Assembly (NCBI GenBank): GCA_951406725.2 | Contig: OX597840.1 | Location: 18,290,001 to 18,354,000, forward strand | Length of the DNA stretch: 64,000 bases | Direction: 5' to 3' | Origin: Octopus vulgaris | Lineage: Eukaryota | In this document: piece after piece, positions 40,846 to 57,033 of the stretch | How positions within the stretch are numbered: position 1 is the first letter of the stretch | Layout: the number at the start of each line of letters is the position of its first letter | Translations under genes and position numbers: made by a program | The notes under the pieces: generated by a model | The model's database searches: none | Seen by the model: the letters and a program-made list of their open reading frames with translations, nothing else | Told to the model about the DNA's origin: nothing

Positions 40846-41469
40846 CAGATTAGTGTTGTACTTCTTGCAGAAGATTGGTCTGGAACCGAGGAAACTGAAG
40901 AAAGACACCAAGGAGACAGGCTTAGCAGCTGGAACCAGCTCAGCATGGCCAAGGCTGACTAAAAACCACAGGTGGAACCATTTTACAGGTGAAGACAAAT
41001 TCAAGCACAGCTGCCCCAGGATACTATGAAGACGACTTGGTCGACGAGGCACTTGTCAAAGAATGGCACATTGCCTCATTCCCTTTTGAAGTCGGCTGCT
41101 GCAGTTTTCTAGCTAGATTGGTGTGGTATTTCCTGCAGAGACTGGTTTGGAACTGAGACACTTGAAGAAAGCTATCAAGGAAACAGGCTTAACAGCTGGA
41201 ACCAGACCAACGTGGCTAAGGTTGACCAAAGACCATAGGTGGTACCCTTCTGCAGGTTTAGACTAATTCGGTCCTCATTGTCCCACTGAAGTGAAGTGGA
41301 GAAGCTAAGGGGCAAAGTGCTTGGTGACCCTGAGATGCCTACTGACGAAACTGAAGGGTTCCTGACATTACAATGGGTCCAGAAGAAGAGATTGCAATAA
41401 ATCTGAGGAACTTCTGCAGTTTCTGCATGCGGAAAAGCATCGCTGATGTTTATTCCATCAACAGTAGCA

Positions 41470-42100
41470 GTAGAAATGGTGGTAGTGGTGGTGGTGGTGG
41501 TGGTGGTGGTGGAAGCAATAGTAATTACTGTTCCAGTTAATAGACCTTCACCAAGTGCATTAATTGCGAAAAAAAGAGAGGCGGTGATTAACTGCGTCGC
41601 CAACATTAATATCAACATCGTCGACATTTTGACTTGTTATAGGGTAACAACAACAACAACAACAACAAGCCTGGAGGGAGAAAGAGAGAACGTAAGGAGC
41701 GTCAAATCTAGGTTTCCCACGCGATGATGATGATGATGGTGGTGGTGGTGGTGATGGTGGTGATGGTGTGGTGGTGGTGGTGGTGGTGGTGGTGGTGGTG
41801 TGGTGGAAATGGTGATGATGATGATGTTGGTCATGAGGGGGAATAGTGAAGGTAATGGCGATGATGATTATGATGATCGTCATCTTCATGCTGGTGATGT
41901 TGATGATGATGATGATCATCATGATCATGTTGATAATAACAGCGATAATGAGGATGATGACGATGACGATGTTGCTGTGATTATGATAATGGTGGTAGTG
42001 GTGGTGGTGGTGGTGGTGGTAGTGGTGGTGACGAGGCTGGTGGTAATAACAATGATGACAGAGATGATGATGATGATGATGATGATGATGACATTGATGA
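41470..42100. repeat. (GGT)n/(GAT)n trinucleotide low-complexity region
   Basis: Directly visible. Confidence 0.9.
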
Positions 42101-42104
42101 CAGA

Positions 42105-43090
42105 CGTTAAAGTCATTGGAAGAAGGAAAGAGTTATAAGTGCCTAGGAGTATTAGAATCTGACAGAGTACTAACTGCAGAAATGAAAACGAAAATAGAGG
42201 ATTACATCAGAAGGGTGAGGAAGCTAATGAAGTTGGAAGCTAAATGGTCGGAAACTAGTGAAGGTTGTAAATACTTGGGCAGTATCATTACTTAGATACT
42301 CAGCAGCTTTTGTAGATTCGACAAAAACTGAATTAGCAAAGCTACACAGAAGAACTAGGAAGGAATTCAATATGAATAGAGGACACCACCAAAGGGCAGG
42401 AGTAGCAAGATTATATCTGCCTAGAAAGGAAAATGGAAGATGGTTAATATCAGTAGAAGATTGTGTGGAGTTAGCTAGAGTAGATATAGATTCCTATGTA
42501 GGTAATAGTGAAGGTAATAGTAAAGTTTATTAAAAGTTGCTCGAGTCTCAGCAAAACATAGGGAAACCAAAACACCAAACGAGCTTAAAAACCAGGAAAA
42601 AGAACAGAAATGATCTGTTTGGTAGGAAAAGGCGTTACATGGTAGATTCCCAAATATAGTTTCAGCAAATAGTTGTAGTGAGACATGGTTATGGATGCAG
42701 AAAGGAAAGCTGAAGAAGGAGACAGAAAGTTTGCTTGTAGCTGCACAAGATCAAGCATCAAGAAGTAATTGGATAAAAGCCAAAATAGACAAAAACCAGG
42801 TAGATTTCCAATGTAGCTCGTGCGAATCAAAAGAGTAAAGCGTTACTCACAAAGTAGGTGAATTTAGCATGCTGGCACAGAAAGAATACAAGAAAAAACA
42901 TGACAATCTAGAGAGAGCAATCAACTGGGAGCTTTGTAGAAAGCTAGGATTTGAACATATTGATAAATGGTATGAACAGGAAGCTAGTAAATTACTAAAA
43001 AGTAAGAAATACAAGATGTCGTGGGACTTTAACATTCAGACTGACAAAATAATAGAAGCTAGAAGGTCTGATTTGGTAATAGTAGATAAA
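42105..43090 (+). mobile_element. Degenerate R4/Dong-clade retrotransposon fragment (RT thumb to RLE)
   Basis: VNTWAVSLLRYS..RRTRK..HHQRAGVARLYLPRKENGR; AAQDQA; LAQKEYKKKHD..INWELCRK..WDFNIQTDKIIEARRSDLVIVDK. Confidence 0.85.
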
Positions 43091-43516
43091 GATGGACTAC
43101 AACAAATATTCAATACCACAGATATGCCTGTCAGTTGTTTGACCTTAACCAGTTGAGCATGTCCCTTGGTGGCTCATGATATATGCATATCTGATCATGG
43201 GCAGGAGCTGGGGTGGGAAGCATCATAGCTGTGTGTTGAAAGGAATTCTTTGGGGTTTGGATAATTTACCTTTGGAAACATTATTCAGGGACCTTTTGAG
43301 CGGGATGGGCTACTCGACCTGAAGAAAATTCTAACTGGGCCCCACCTGCAAGGTCATGTGCTGTTTATCTTGATATGAGATTACCATGTCGCGCACACAT
43401 GGTTGTGATGCATGTGCCTAGTGTACCCTTATCAGACAGGTGGTCATGATGGGTATACTGGGATTCGTATATTTTACTCCAGTATCACTTTGATGGCATG
43501 CACTGCTCCCTCACTC

Positions 43517-43517
<1 letters not shown>
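43088..43517 (+). mobile_element. Family T retroposon (middle to 3' end) fused to the Dong fragment
   Basis: Matches 24885-25165 and 7842-7918; ends ctcactc immediately before the AAT array. Confidence 0.8.
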
Positions 43518-47689
<4,172 letters not shown>

Positions 47690-47950
47690 CCTTGTGCTTT
47701 TATCGTTACTCTTCCACCCTATTCTCGTTTTTCTCACCTCTAGCTTTTCCTCATCTCCATCCTTCTCTTCCACCATTTCCTCCTCCCATCCTCCTCTTCC
47801 TCGTCCCCATCTTCCTCCCTCTCTTCCTCCCCATCATCATCATCACCATCATCATCATCAACAGATGTGGAACAGAAGCCATGTCTTGGAGAGAAAAACC
47901 TTACAGCTGTTCTCAAGTTCCATTCCTGTTTGCCAACAGCGTGGAGAATG

Positions 47951-48021
<71 letters not shown>

Positions 48022-48207
48022 ACATTGTCTGAGCATAATGGGCATATGATCACGCACATGCGGATATATATGAATATATATATATGTGTGTGTATGTGTG
48101 TATATACATACATAGATATAGATATAAAATATATATCATTATATGATTTCATTTGCGCGCATATATATATATATATATATATACATGTGTGCGTATACAT
48201 ACATGAA

Positions 48208-48239
<32 letters not shown>

Positions 48240-48253
48240 AATATATATATATG

Positions 48254-48410
<157 letters not shown>

Positions 48411-48734
48411 CATGTATATATATATATGTATGTATGTGTGTATGTATGTATGTATGTATGAGAGATAGAGGGAGAGTGCATGTATTCACATGTACTTATA
48501 CCCATGTATTTTTACCTACCTCACAGTATGCCTATATACATACCTATACACACACATGTGAAAGGGGAGCAACACTACGCGCTGCCCCTCCCCTCAAAAA
48601 GACGATATGCTGTATTAGCAACAATCCCAACATGTTATGTCAAACATTCACCTTAAATTTTTCCCCCTTATCCTCCCCCCTAAACGTCCCTCTCCCCACC
48701 CGTCATTCATTGTTTAGGGATCCTCTTTCTCCTT

Positions 48735-49400
48735 TGCCGTTTTTTTCCTTCTTTCTTTCCTTCCTGTCATTCATTCTTTCTTTCTCTCTGTCTTCTTCGC
48801 TCTTTTTTTCCTTCTTTCCTCCCTCCCTTCGTTCCTTCTTTGTTTCTTTCTTTCTATTTTTCTTTCTTTCTTTCTTACTTTTTTCCTTCTTTAGCTTTTT
48901 TCTTTCTTTCATCTTTTTTGTGATTTTCTTTCCTTCTTTCCTTCTCTATTTCCTTCCTTCCTTTTCTTTCTTTCCTTCTTTTTTGTTTCCTTTTTTCTTT
49001 CCTTCCTTTCATTTCTTTTGTTTGTTTATTTGTTTCCTTCTTTCTTTTCCTTCCTTCTTTCTTTCATTTTCTGTCTTTCTTTTTGTCTTTCTTTGTTTTT
49101 CCTTCTTTTTTCGTCTTTCTTTCTTTCTTTCCTTCTTTGTTTCTTTGTTTCCTTCTCTTTGTTTCCTTCTTTCTTTCTTAACTTTTCTTTCTTTCTTTGC
49201 TTCCTTCTCTTCTTTTCCTTTCTTTTCTTTCTTTCTTTCTCTTTTCTCTCTTTCCTTCATTTTCTGTTTTTCTTTTTTCATTCCTTCCTTCCTTCTTTCC
49301 GTCTTTCTTTCTTTTTCTTTATTTCTTCCTTCCTTCTCTTTCTTTCCATCCATTTCTGTCTTTACATTTTCTTCCTTTCTTTCCTTCTTTTTTCTTTCAT

Positions 49401-49439
<39 letters not shown>

Positions 49440-49440
49440 A
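48735..49440. repeat. Polypyrimidine (TTTC/TTCC) low-complexity tract
   Basis: Directly visible. Confidence 0.92.
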
Positions 49441-49491
49441 CTATTCCTCATGATGGCGAGAGAGTAATAGTAGGCATGGAGACGGTGAGAC

Positions 49492-49526
<35 letters not shown>

Positions 49527-49574
49527 AAAAGAGAGGGAGAGAAAGAGAGATAAAGAAATTTAGGGAGAATTTAT

Positions 49575-49640
49575 TATTTTTATTTTATTTTATCTAGTTT
49601 CAGCTCACGAGCTGTGGCCATGCTGGGGCACCGCCATTTG
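49575..49640 (-). mobile_element. Short LINE/SINE 3' tail related to the 11342 tail
   Basis: Minus strand atggcggtgccccagcatggccacagctcgtgagctgaaactagataaaataaaa. Confidence 0.65.
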
Positions 49641-50092
49641 ATGACGTTTTTATTAAAAGTAGTAGTGTTGATGGTAGAAGTGAGAGTAATAATAAGAGGG
49701 AGAGAAAAAGTGGATATGTGTATGAGAAAGGGAGAGAAAGGAAGAGAGAGAGAGTGAGAGAGTGAAAGAGAGAGAGAAGGGGGGACTGAACACTGAAGTA
49801 ACATACTGAACGAACACACAGATTTAGCCTTTTTTGTGATGGTGACGGGGTGGTAGTAATAGTATGGGCTGTAGTTGTGAGAGAGGCGGAGGCGGAGGCG
49901 GCGGTGATGATGGTGATCAGGGATGACGGTGAGAGTAAGCGATATGAAAGACGGTGGTGATGGTGGTGGAAGGGAAGGCGGCGGCGAAGTCAAAAGTATT
50001 GATGGTGGTGGCGTCAGAAGTCTGAATGGTTTGTGTATGGCAGGTTTGGTGGCGATGATGGTGGTGGTGATGGATGAAAACAACCAATAGAA

Positions 50093-50128
<36 letters not shown>

Positions 50129-50338
50129 ATGGGGGAGGGAGAGAGAGAGAGAGAAAGAGGTTTGATAGAAAAAATGTACTGACCCCCAAACGGGAAGACA
50201 AAAAATGCCTGTTTATCATGCAGCTTTGCAATAAGTTCCAAGTCGACAAATTATATCATTGTTGGGCCCAAAGCCTAATGAAGAGCCCTCTACAGGAGCT
50301 AGCTTAGAAGCAGTTCCATAGAGCGGCTTTTAAGCTAG

Positions 50339-50384
<46 letters not shown>

Positions 50385-50578
50385 CGCGAGTAAGTACATA
50401 AAAGCAAACCAAGTTGACAAAAATAGTACTGGAATACCGGAGGTAGAGTAATATGTTTTCTTTTTAATAAAGCTGCAAAAATACCACAAAACTGTTAATC
50501 AGAGTTTCATATTTCCGTTCGTCAGAAACATGAAACTCTGAGTAACAGTTTTTGTAATGTTTTTGCAGATTTAATAAT
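50385..50578 (-). mobile_element. Palindromic hammerhead-like repeat, copy 2 (inverted, central deletion)
   Basis: Homologous to 4775-4975. Confidence 0.7.
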
Positions 50579-50583
50579 AAAAA

Positions 50584-50648
<65 letters not shown>

Positions 50649-50741
50649 GGCTGCCCCCTCGTTATCGAGTATGGCCATTGCACGAAGCTTAACTGTTACT
50701 CGTGCTGTGATCGAATGTGACTTTTTAGCCCAGCTAAAGAT

Positions 50742-50781
<40 letters not shown>

Positions 50782-50826
50782 TCAATAAATGGTGGGGTTG
50801 TGTTGACCGCACGTGGAGAAATGATA

Positions 50827-51564
50827 AGTAAGGAAACAATTTTTTAAAAATGCAGAATGCTCAAATGAAAGAAAATTTTAATAAAATGAGAAATTGATAA
50901 AATATATAAATATATATTTATTCAACTGGTTTTCGTCATTGTATGACTTGTCAAGAATATTTATGTTTTAAAAAGTTTTTTTTAAAATTAGAAAGGGGAA
51001 AAAAAGAAAACTGCATTGTTTTTTGTAAAAGAATAATGATAAAAATGTACAAAAATTAAAAAATAAGTTCTCCGATACATTGTGAGTTCGTTGTGTATCT
51101 TGAGTTTTATGGTTGTTCACGAAAAAATTACCTTGAGGTGTTAAGATCCAACACAGGAACTGAAGAACCAGAACCACAATTACTACTACTTCATGTCCTG
51201 CAAACATGCTGAATTAAACAACACAACACATGCTCTTAATCCCTTTGGATCTTAACACCTCAAGGTAATTTTTTCGTGAACAACCATAAAACTCAAGATA
51301 CACAACGAACTCACAATGTATCGGAGAACTTATTTTTTAATTTTTGTACATTTTTATCATTATTCTTTTACAAAAAACAATGCAATTTTCTTTTTTTCCC
51401 TTTCTAATTTTAAAAAAAACTTCTTAAAACATAAATATTCTTGACAAGTCATACAATGACGAAAACCGGTTGAATAAATATATATTTATATATTTTATCA
51501 ATTTCTCATTTTATTAAAATTTTCTTTCATTTGAGCATTCTGCATTTTTTTTAAAATTTTTCCT

Positions 51565-51568
<4 letters not shown>
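50827..51568. mobile_element. Long inverted repeat (~320-bp arms, ~93-bp spacer), probable inverted Penelope-like 3' end
   Basis: 50827-51151 is the reverse complement of 51245-51568 with few mismatches; hammerhead-like motif in each arm; (TA)n on both sides. Confidence 0.8.
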
Positions 51569-51603
<35 letters not shown>

Positions 51604-51710
51604 ATTATAATTATTATAACCCTTACCAAATATAGTCTTTTCCATACCGATAAATCTACTAGGTGAAATTTATTAATTTTATTAAATTAATTATATTCCA
51701 CCCTTTTTTG

Positions 51711-51768
<58 letters not shown>

Positions 51769-52149
51769 AATTTAAAATGAGGGTGAGAAATTAGATATTA
51801 GTTTAATTAACATCGATTTCACACCAGTGGTCAAGCATATAAAAAGACTGAAGGTTCAGTAAAATTGTATTATATACATATTAGAGGGAAACCACTATGT
51901 GGACACTCTTATGCTAGAAATAGATCCGCTATGGTCTTACCACTAAGAAATGTTCTCAAGAAAAATGTAGCAAAACAACCAAAACGTAATCGAGCAAGAC
52001 AAAAGAAAAAGCAATCAAAATATGAATTATTCACTATTAACATATTGCGTAATTTTACTTACGTAAATGTCCGTAGATCATCGGTGTGACCGTCCATATA
52101 CCGGAGGTAACAAACACAGATACATAGACACGCAGTATGTATGTATGTA

Positions 52150-52385
52150 TGTATGTATGTATGTATATGTGTGTCTTTGTATCCGTGTTTGTTACCTCCA
52201 CCGCTTGACACCCGATGTTGCTGTATCTATGTCCCCGTGACTTAGTGGTTTGACAAAAGAGAAACCGATAGAATAAGTACCAGGCGTAAAATGAAAAGCA
52301 CTGGGATCGATTCATTTGAGTAAAAATTCTTCAAAGCAGTGCCCCAGCATGGTAACAGTTTAATGACTGAAACAAGTAAAAGACA
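52150..52385 (+). mobile_element. tRNA/CORE-like SINE tail fragment
   Basis: cttgaca...gtccccgtgacttag...gccccagcatgg..tgactgaaacaagtaaaaga. Confidence 0.75.
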
Positions 52386-53074
52386 AAATAATTTCAGTTC
52401 TGGAATTGTCAAAGACATGCTCCAATTTTTGTAAAATTGAATAAAATAAAATCATGATGAAAAAACACGCGATGAACACAAATGAATAATAATAATAATA
52501 ATAGTAATAATAATAATAATAATAATAACACAACTTCTCTATTCACAAACAATACAGAACAGCCCTTCCTTAATTTTTCTTAAGCCTAGTAGTAGTAAAC
52601 ATCTGAACTTCTTTTGACCGATAGGACCCCCACCTAAAAAAAAAAAAAAAATATCACTGATGGTGATGGTGATGATGGTGATGATGATAATAATGATAGT
52701 AATAGTGCTGATAATCTATCTATCTATCTATCTACACAAACACACACACTCAAAGAGTTCAACCAACACAAACCTCACCTCGGCTCTATTGTTAACCAAA
52801 TATGAAAGTATTATTTGACAGGCAAGAACTCTGGCGTTGAAGACAGTCAGCCAGCCAATCACCAAGCCAGCCAACGAGACAGACAGACACTACTGTGATG
52901 GTGATGATGATAAAAAACAAAAATAACAATAATAAGATACTGCTGTGACTACACGTAAAACAATATCATTGATGATGATGGTGGTGATGGTGATGGTGAT
53001 GATGATAATGATGATGGTAATGGTGGTGATAATGATGATAGTGATAATAATGGTGATGATAATAACAATAATAA

Positions 53075-56000
53075 GCCGACTACGGCTGCTATAATGGTAC
53101 GATTATAATTGTAACGGCAATGATGACCGTCTCCCCACGAGCCAATCAAAGCTAAAAAATGATAACATTATCGTAGCACCAAAATGTTTTTGGAAACTAA
53201 AAGGAAAACTAAATCAGTATACCAAATCGCTTGTCCTATGGTTAATCTGGAAGCGCGTCCCCCAGGGAAGAGCCAGCCTGGGATCGAAAAGTCATCAACT
53301 GGCACAAACTCTTCTCCGAATACGGACATGGATGGTCACTTGAACGGGAAATCCCCCAACTCGAGCCCTCCAAGTTCACCACCACAACCACCACAGAAAG
53401 AAAAATGTAATCGGAACAAATGGACCCGAGAAGAGTATAAAGAAGTAATATACGCTTATTACTATGCATTAGGTAGGCCATCTCAAGAGAGACACACCGC
53501 AAACTCTTACAGTATATGGAGAACACGGAATCAAGACAGTAGGCCCTATTTGGACGAGAACAAATTAGCAAATGTGAGGAGGGATATCCTTAGAAATAAC
53601 AGACTCACAGACAGTGAAATAAGTGCGATCAAGCACGCAACGGAAAATGACATAAATATAAGACACAAAGGAAATGAAGAATCAGATGAACAGTATAGCC
53701 CGCAACAAGGCTTAATTGAAAGACTGCCATCTGACCAAAGTACGCAAAGGCCTGAAGATACAAGAAATTCTATTGTACCTGTTAAAGATAGCCAGGAAAA
53801 CGAAAAAACAACAGTAACTGAAGATCTCGCAGAAATGAGGCAGAAAATCCTGAATACGCTTGAAGTTGTAAGACATACAAGTATGAATGATAGAGAACCA
53901 CTTCATAAACTCTCAAATACAAACCAAAATAAAAACAAATCCAAATTGGCAACTATGTAACAAATGAAATAATAAGAGAATTAAAACCTGATTTTACTGA
54001 GTTAAATGAAATTATTTACGCTTCTGCTAGGGCAATTGAAACCAGCTGTATGCCCCCGAAAAAACAAAGAAAACAAAACCCGGCAAGAAATAAAACCTGG
54101 AGAAGTAAAATTGAAAAAGAGATTGAATTTATGAGAGGGGAAATATCAATATTAAATGAACTAATATGTGGAAATGATGTAAGATCCAGAACAGGAAGAA
54201 AGATGAAGAGAAAATTTGGATCCTCATCAAGAGAAGAACTGATATCAATAAAAGAAACGCTGAAACAAAAAGTCCAAGCAAAAGCCCAAAGAATACGAAG
54301 ATTTGAGAAGAGAAACAAGTTTTACAAGCAAAATAAGCTGTTCACATCCAATGCCAAAAAAATTCTACAGAGAAATAGGGAAGGAGAAAGTAACCGTTAA
54401 AGACCCCCCTCCCATGGAAGAAGTTCAAAACTTTTGGAAAAGGATTTGGAGTGACAAGAAGACGTACAACATAAATGCAGACTGGATTATACAAACTGAA
54501 GGATCCTACCAAAATTTACAACAACAAGCATGGGAAGACATCACAATAGCAGACCTAAGAAAGGCACTCACGAAGGCCCATAATTGGAAATCCCCCGGTA
54601 AAGATAGGGTGCCGAATTTCTGGCTCGCATCGCTCCCATGCGCACACGGTAGGCTAGTTCAGCTGCTCAATGGAATTATGAGAGACCCAAAGAAAACACC
54701 TGAATGGTTAGCAAGTGGCATTACTTACCTACTCCCAAAGAATAACGAAACCAACCTTCCAAAAAACTATCGGCCTATAACCTGTCTATCCACCACGTAT
54801 AAAATCCTAACATCTATCCTGGCGGAGAAAACATATGCATTCATGGAGAAGAACGATATTTTCCCCATTGAACAAAAAGGGTGCCGCCGAGGCTCTTACG
54901 GATGCAAAGATCAACTGCTAATCAATCGTATGATCCTTGAGAACTGTCACAACAAGCGCAGAAATCTCAGCACCGCATGGATTGACTATAAAAAGGCCTT
55001 CGACAGTATACCGCATCCATGGATCTTGAGATCGCTGGACATCTTCAAAATTTCCCCTGTGATTTCAAACTTCCTGAAGCACAATATGCCGTTGTGGAAT
55101 ACGAATCACCAATTATACCACTCTAATGGAGTACTTGCCTCAGAAAATATAAACATCAACTGTGGAATTTTTCAAGGTGACTCACTTTCACCTTTAATAT
55201 TCTGCATATCCCTAATACCCCTTACAAGTGAATTAAACAGAACAGGGTATGGGTATAAAATTGCCAATAAAAAAATAAGCCATCTATTTTATATGGATGA
55301 CTTAAAACTTTATGGTAAAGACAATAATGAACTTGAAGGCCTATTGCGCACCGTGAAAGCATTCAGCGATGACATCGGGATGGAGTTTGGACTTGAGAAG
55401 TGTGCCAAGGCCACTTTCCAGAAAGGGAAAGTGAAGACCACAAATTCAGTCGTGTTAGATGTTGACACAGTCATAAGAGAGCTTGAGCAAGAACAAACAT
55501 ACAAATATTTAGGGATAAATGAAGGCTCTGGTATTCAGCATGCAAGCATGAAAGAGAAGATCAGGAAGGAATGTTATAGGAGAGTTCGTGCAGTCCTGAA
55601 ATCTGAACTAAATGCACGTAACAAGGTGTTAGCTATAAATTCCTTAGCAGTTCCAATTGTTACTTATAGCTTCAATGTGTTGAACTGGAATATGAGTGAA
55701 GTAAAGAATATAGATAGGAAAATACGCAAGCTGCTGAGTTGTAATAGGATGCACCACCCAAAGGCAGACGTAGATCGCCTTTACCTTCCCAGAGCCCAAG
55801 GAGGTCGAGGCCTGATCCAATTTGAATTAGCTTACAAAACAACCACAATTGGACTGGCCAAATATCTCGAAATATCGAATGACTGGATGCTAAAGCTCGT
55901 GGAAAATCACGAGAGACGAAAGAAGCTTCATTCTATTATAAAGGAAAGCAAAAAATTTGCTACTGATCTCGTGCAAGATACCCAAACTGAACAACCCGAG

Positions 56001-57012
56001 GGAAGTACGGCAACTAATATTGCAAAGAAGGTGAAAATGATGGCAATGAAAAAAGCGCACGAGCAATTGGCTGATAGGTGGGAGGAGAAACCTCTGCACG
56101 GCAAATATGTGACCCGCAGCAAACAAGCTGATGTTGACCAGAAGCAAACCCATCAGTGGCTATGGAGCTCAGGGCTAAAAGCAGAGAGCGAAGGTTTCAT
56201 CCTGGCTGCTCAAGATCAAAGCCTATTAACCCGGAACTACCAGGCCAATGTGATGAAAAATGGAGCAGACCCAAAATGCCGATTCTGCAACGACATGATT
56301 GAAACAGTGGACCACCTAATCTCTGGATGTAAAGTCTTAGCACCAGTGGAGTACAATTTAAGACATGACAGAGTTGGCCAATATCTACACTGGCTAATAA
56401 GTCGGCATTACAATATCAAAACTGCCGACAAGTGGTATAATCACCACCCTGAGGCTGTAACTGAAGGAGAAAATGTAACCATTCTGTGGGACTTTCCAGT
56501 ACGTACAGACCGAACCATCAAGGCCAATAAACCAGATATTGTTGTGAAAGACCAAAACAATAAAGTTTGCTTATTGATCGACATGAGCATCCCCTGTGAT
56601 CATAATATCTCAGCGAAAGAGTTTGACAAGCTCAGAAAATATAAAGACCTACTCATTGAAATTGAGAAAATGTGGCATCTCAAGGCGGTTACAATACCAG
56701 TGATCGTAGGAGCACTAGGAATGATCAAGAAGGGAACCGAAAATTATATGAGAATGATCCCTGGCTTACCATCCCTGCAAGAAGTGCAAAAGATTGTCTT
56801 GACTGGTAAATCACACGTATTGAGAAGAGCATTGTCGATGTGAGAACTGTTGCTGCTTATGTATTTTAATTTAACTTAAAAAAAAAAAAAGAACGAACTA
56901 TTGAGTTTGGTTTAATGGCCCACCAATGTATACTATGAGTTTCTTTGCCCTAGGAGTCGGGAAGACACTCGGCAAGAAATGGAAGCAAATTTTGAAAGAA
57001 GAAAAAAAAAAG
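53075..57012 (+). mobile_element. Apparently full-length R4/Dong-clade RLE non-LTR retrotransposon (Dong-1)
   Basis: Bounded by GAT/AAT repeats and (TAA)n; contains 5' UTR, single ORF and structured 3' UTR. Confidence 0.92.
53184..56843 (+). CDS. Dong-1 ORF: Myb/SANT-like N-terminus, RT, CCHC knuckle, PD-(D/E)xK RLE; two 1-nt frameshifts in A-runs
   Basis: KWTREEYKEVIYAYY; LNEIIYASA; NYRPITCL; EQKGC; IDYKKAFDS; GIFQGDSLSP; YMDD; CRFC..ETVDHLISGC; RHD; KPDIV..LIDMSIP..KLRKY. Confidence 0.9.
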
Positions 57013-57033
57013 TAATAATAATAATAATAATAA

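Noticed and set aside
48434-49553. F/S/L-rich membrane-like ORFs
   Set aside because: Polypyrimidine low-complexity sequence.
53075-53240. HDV-like ribozyme in the Dong-1 5' UTR
   Set aside because: Could not build a convincing P1/P1.1/P3 pseudoknot by eye; left as a computational check.
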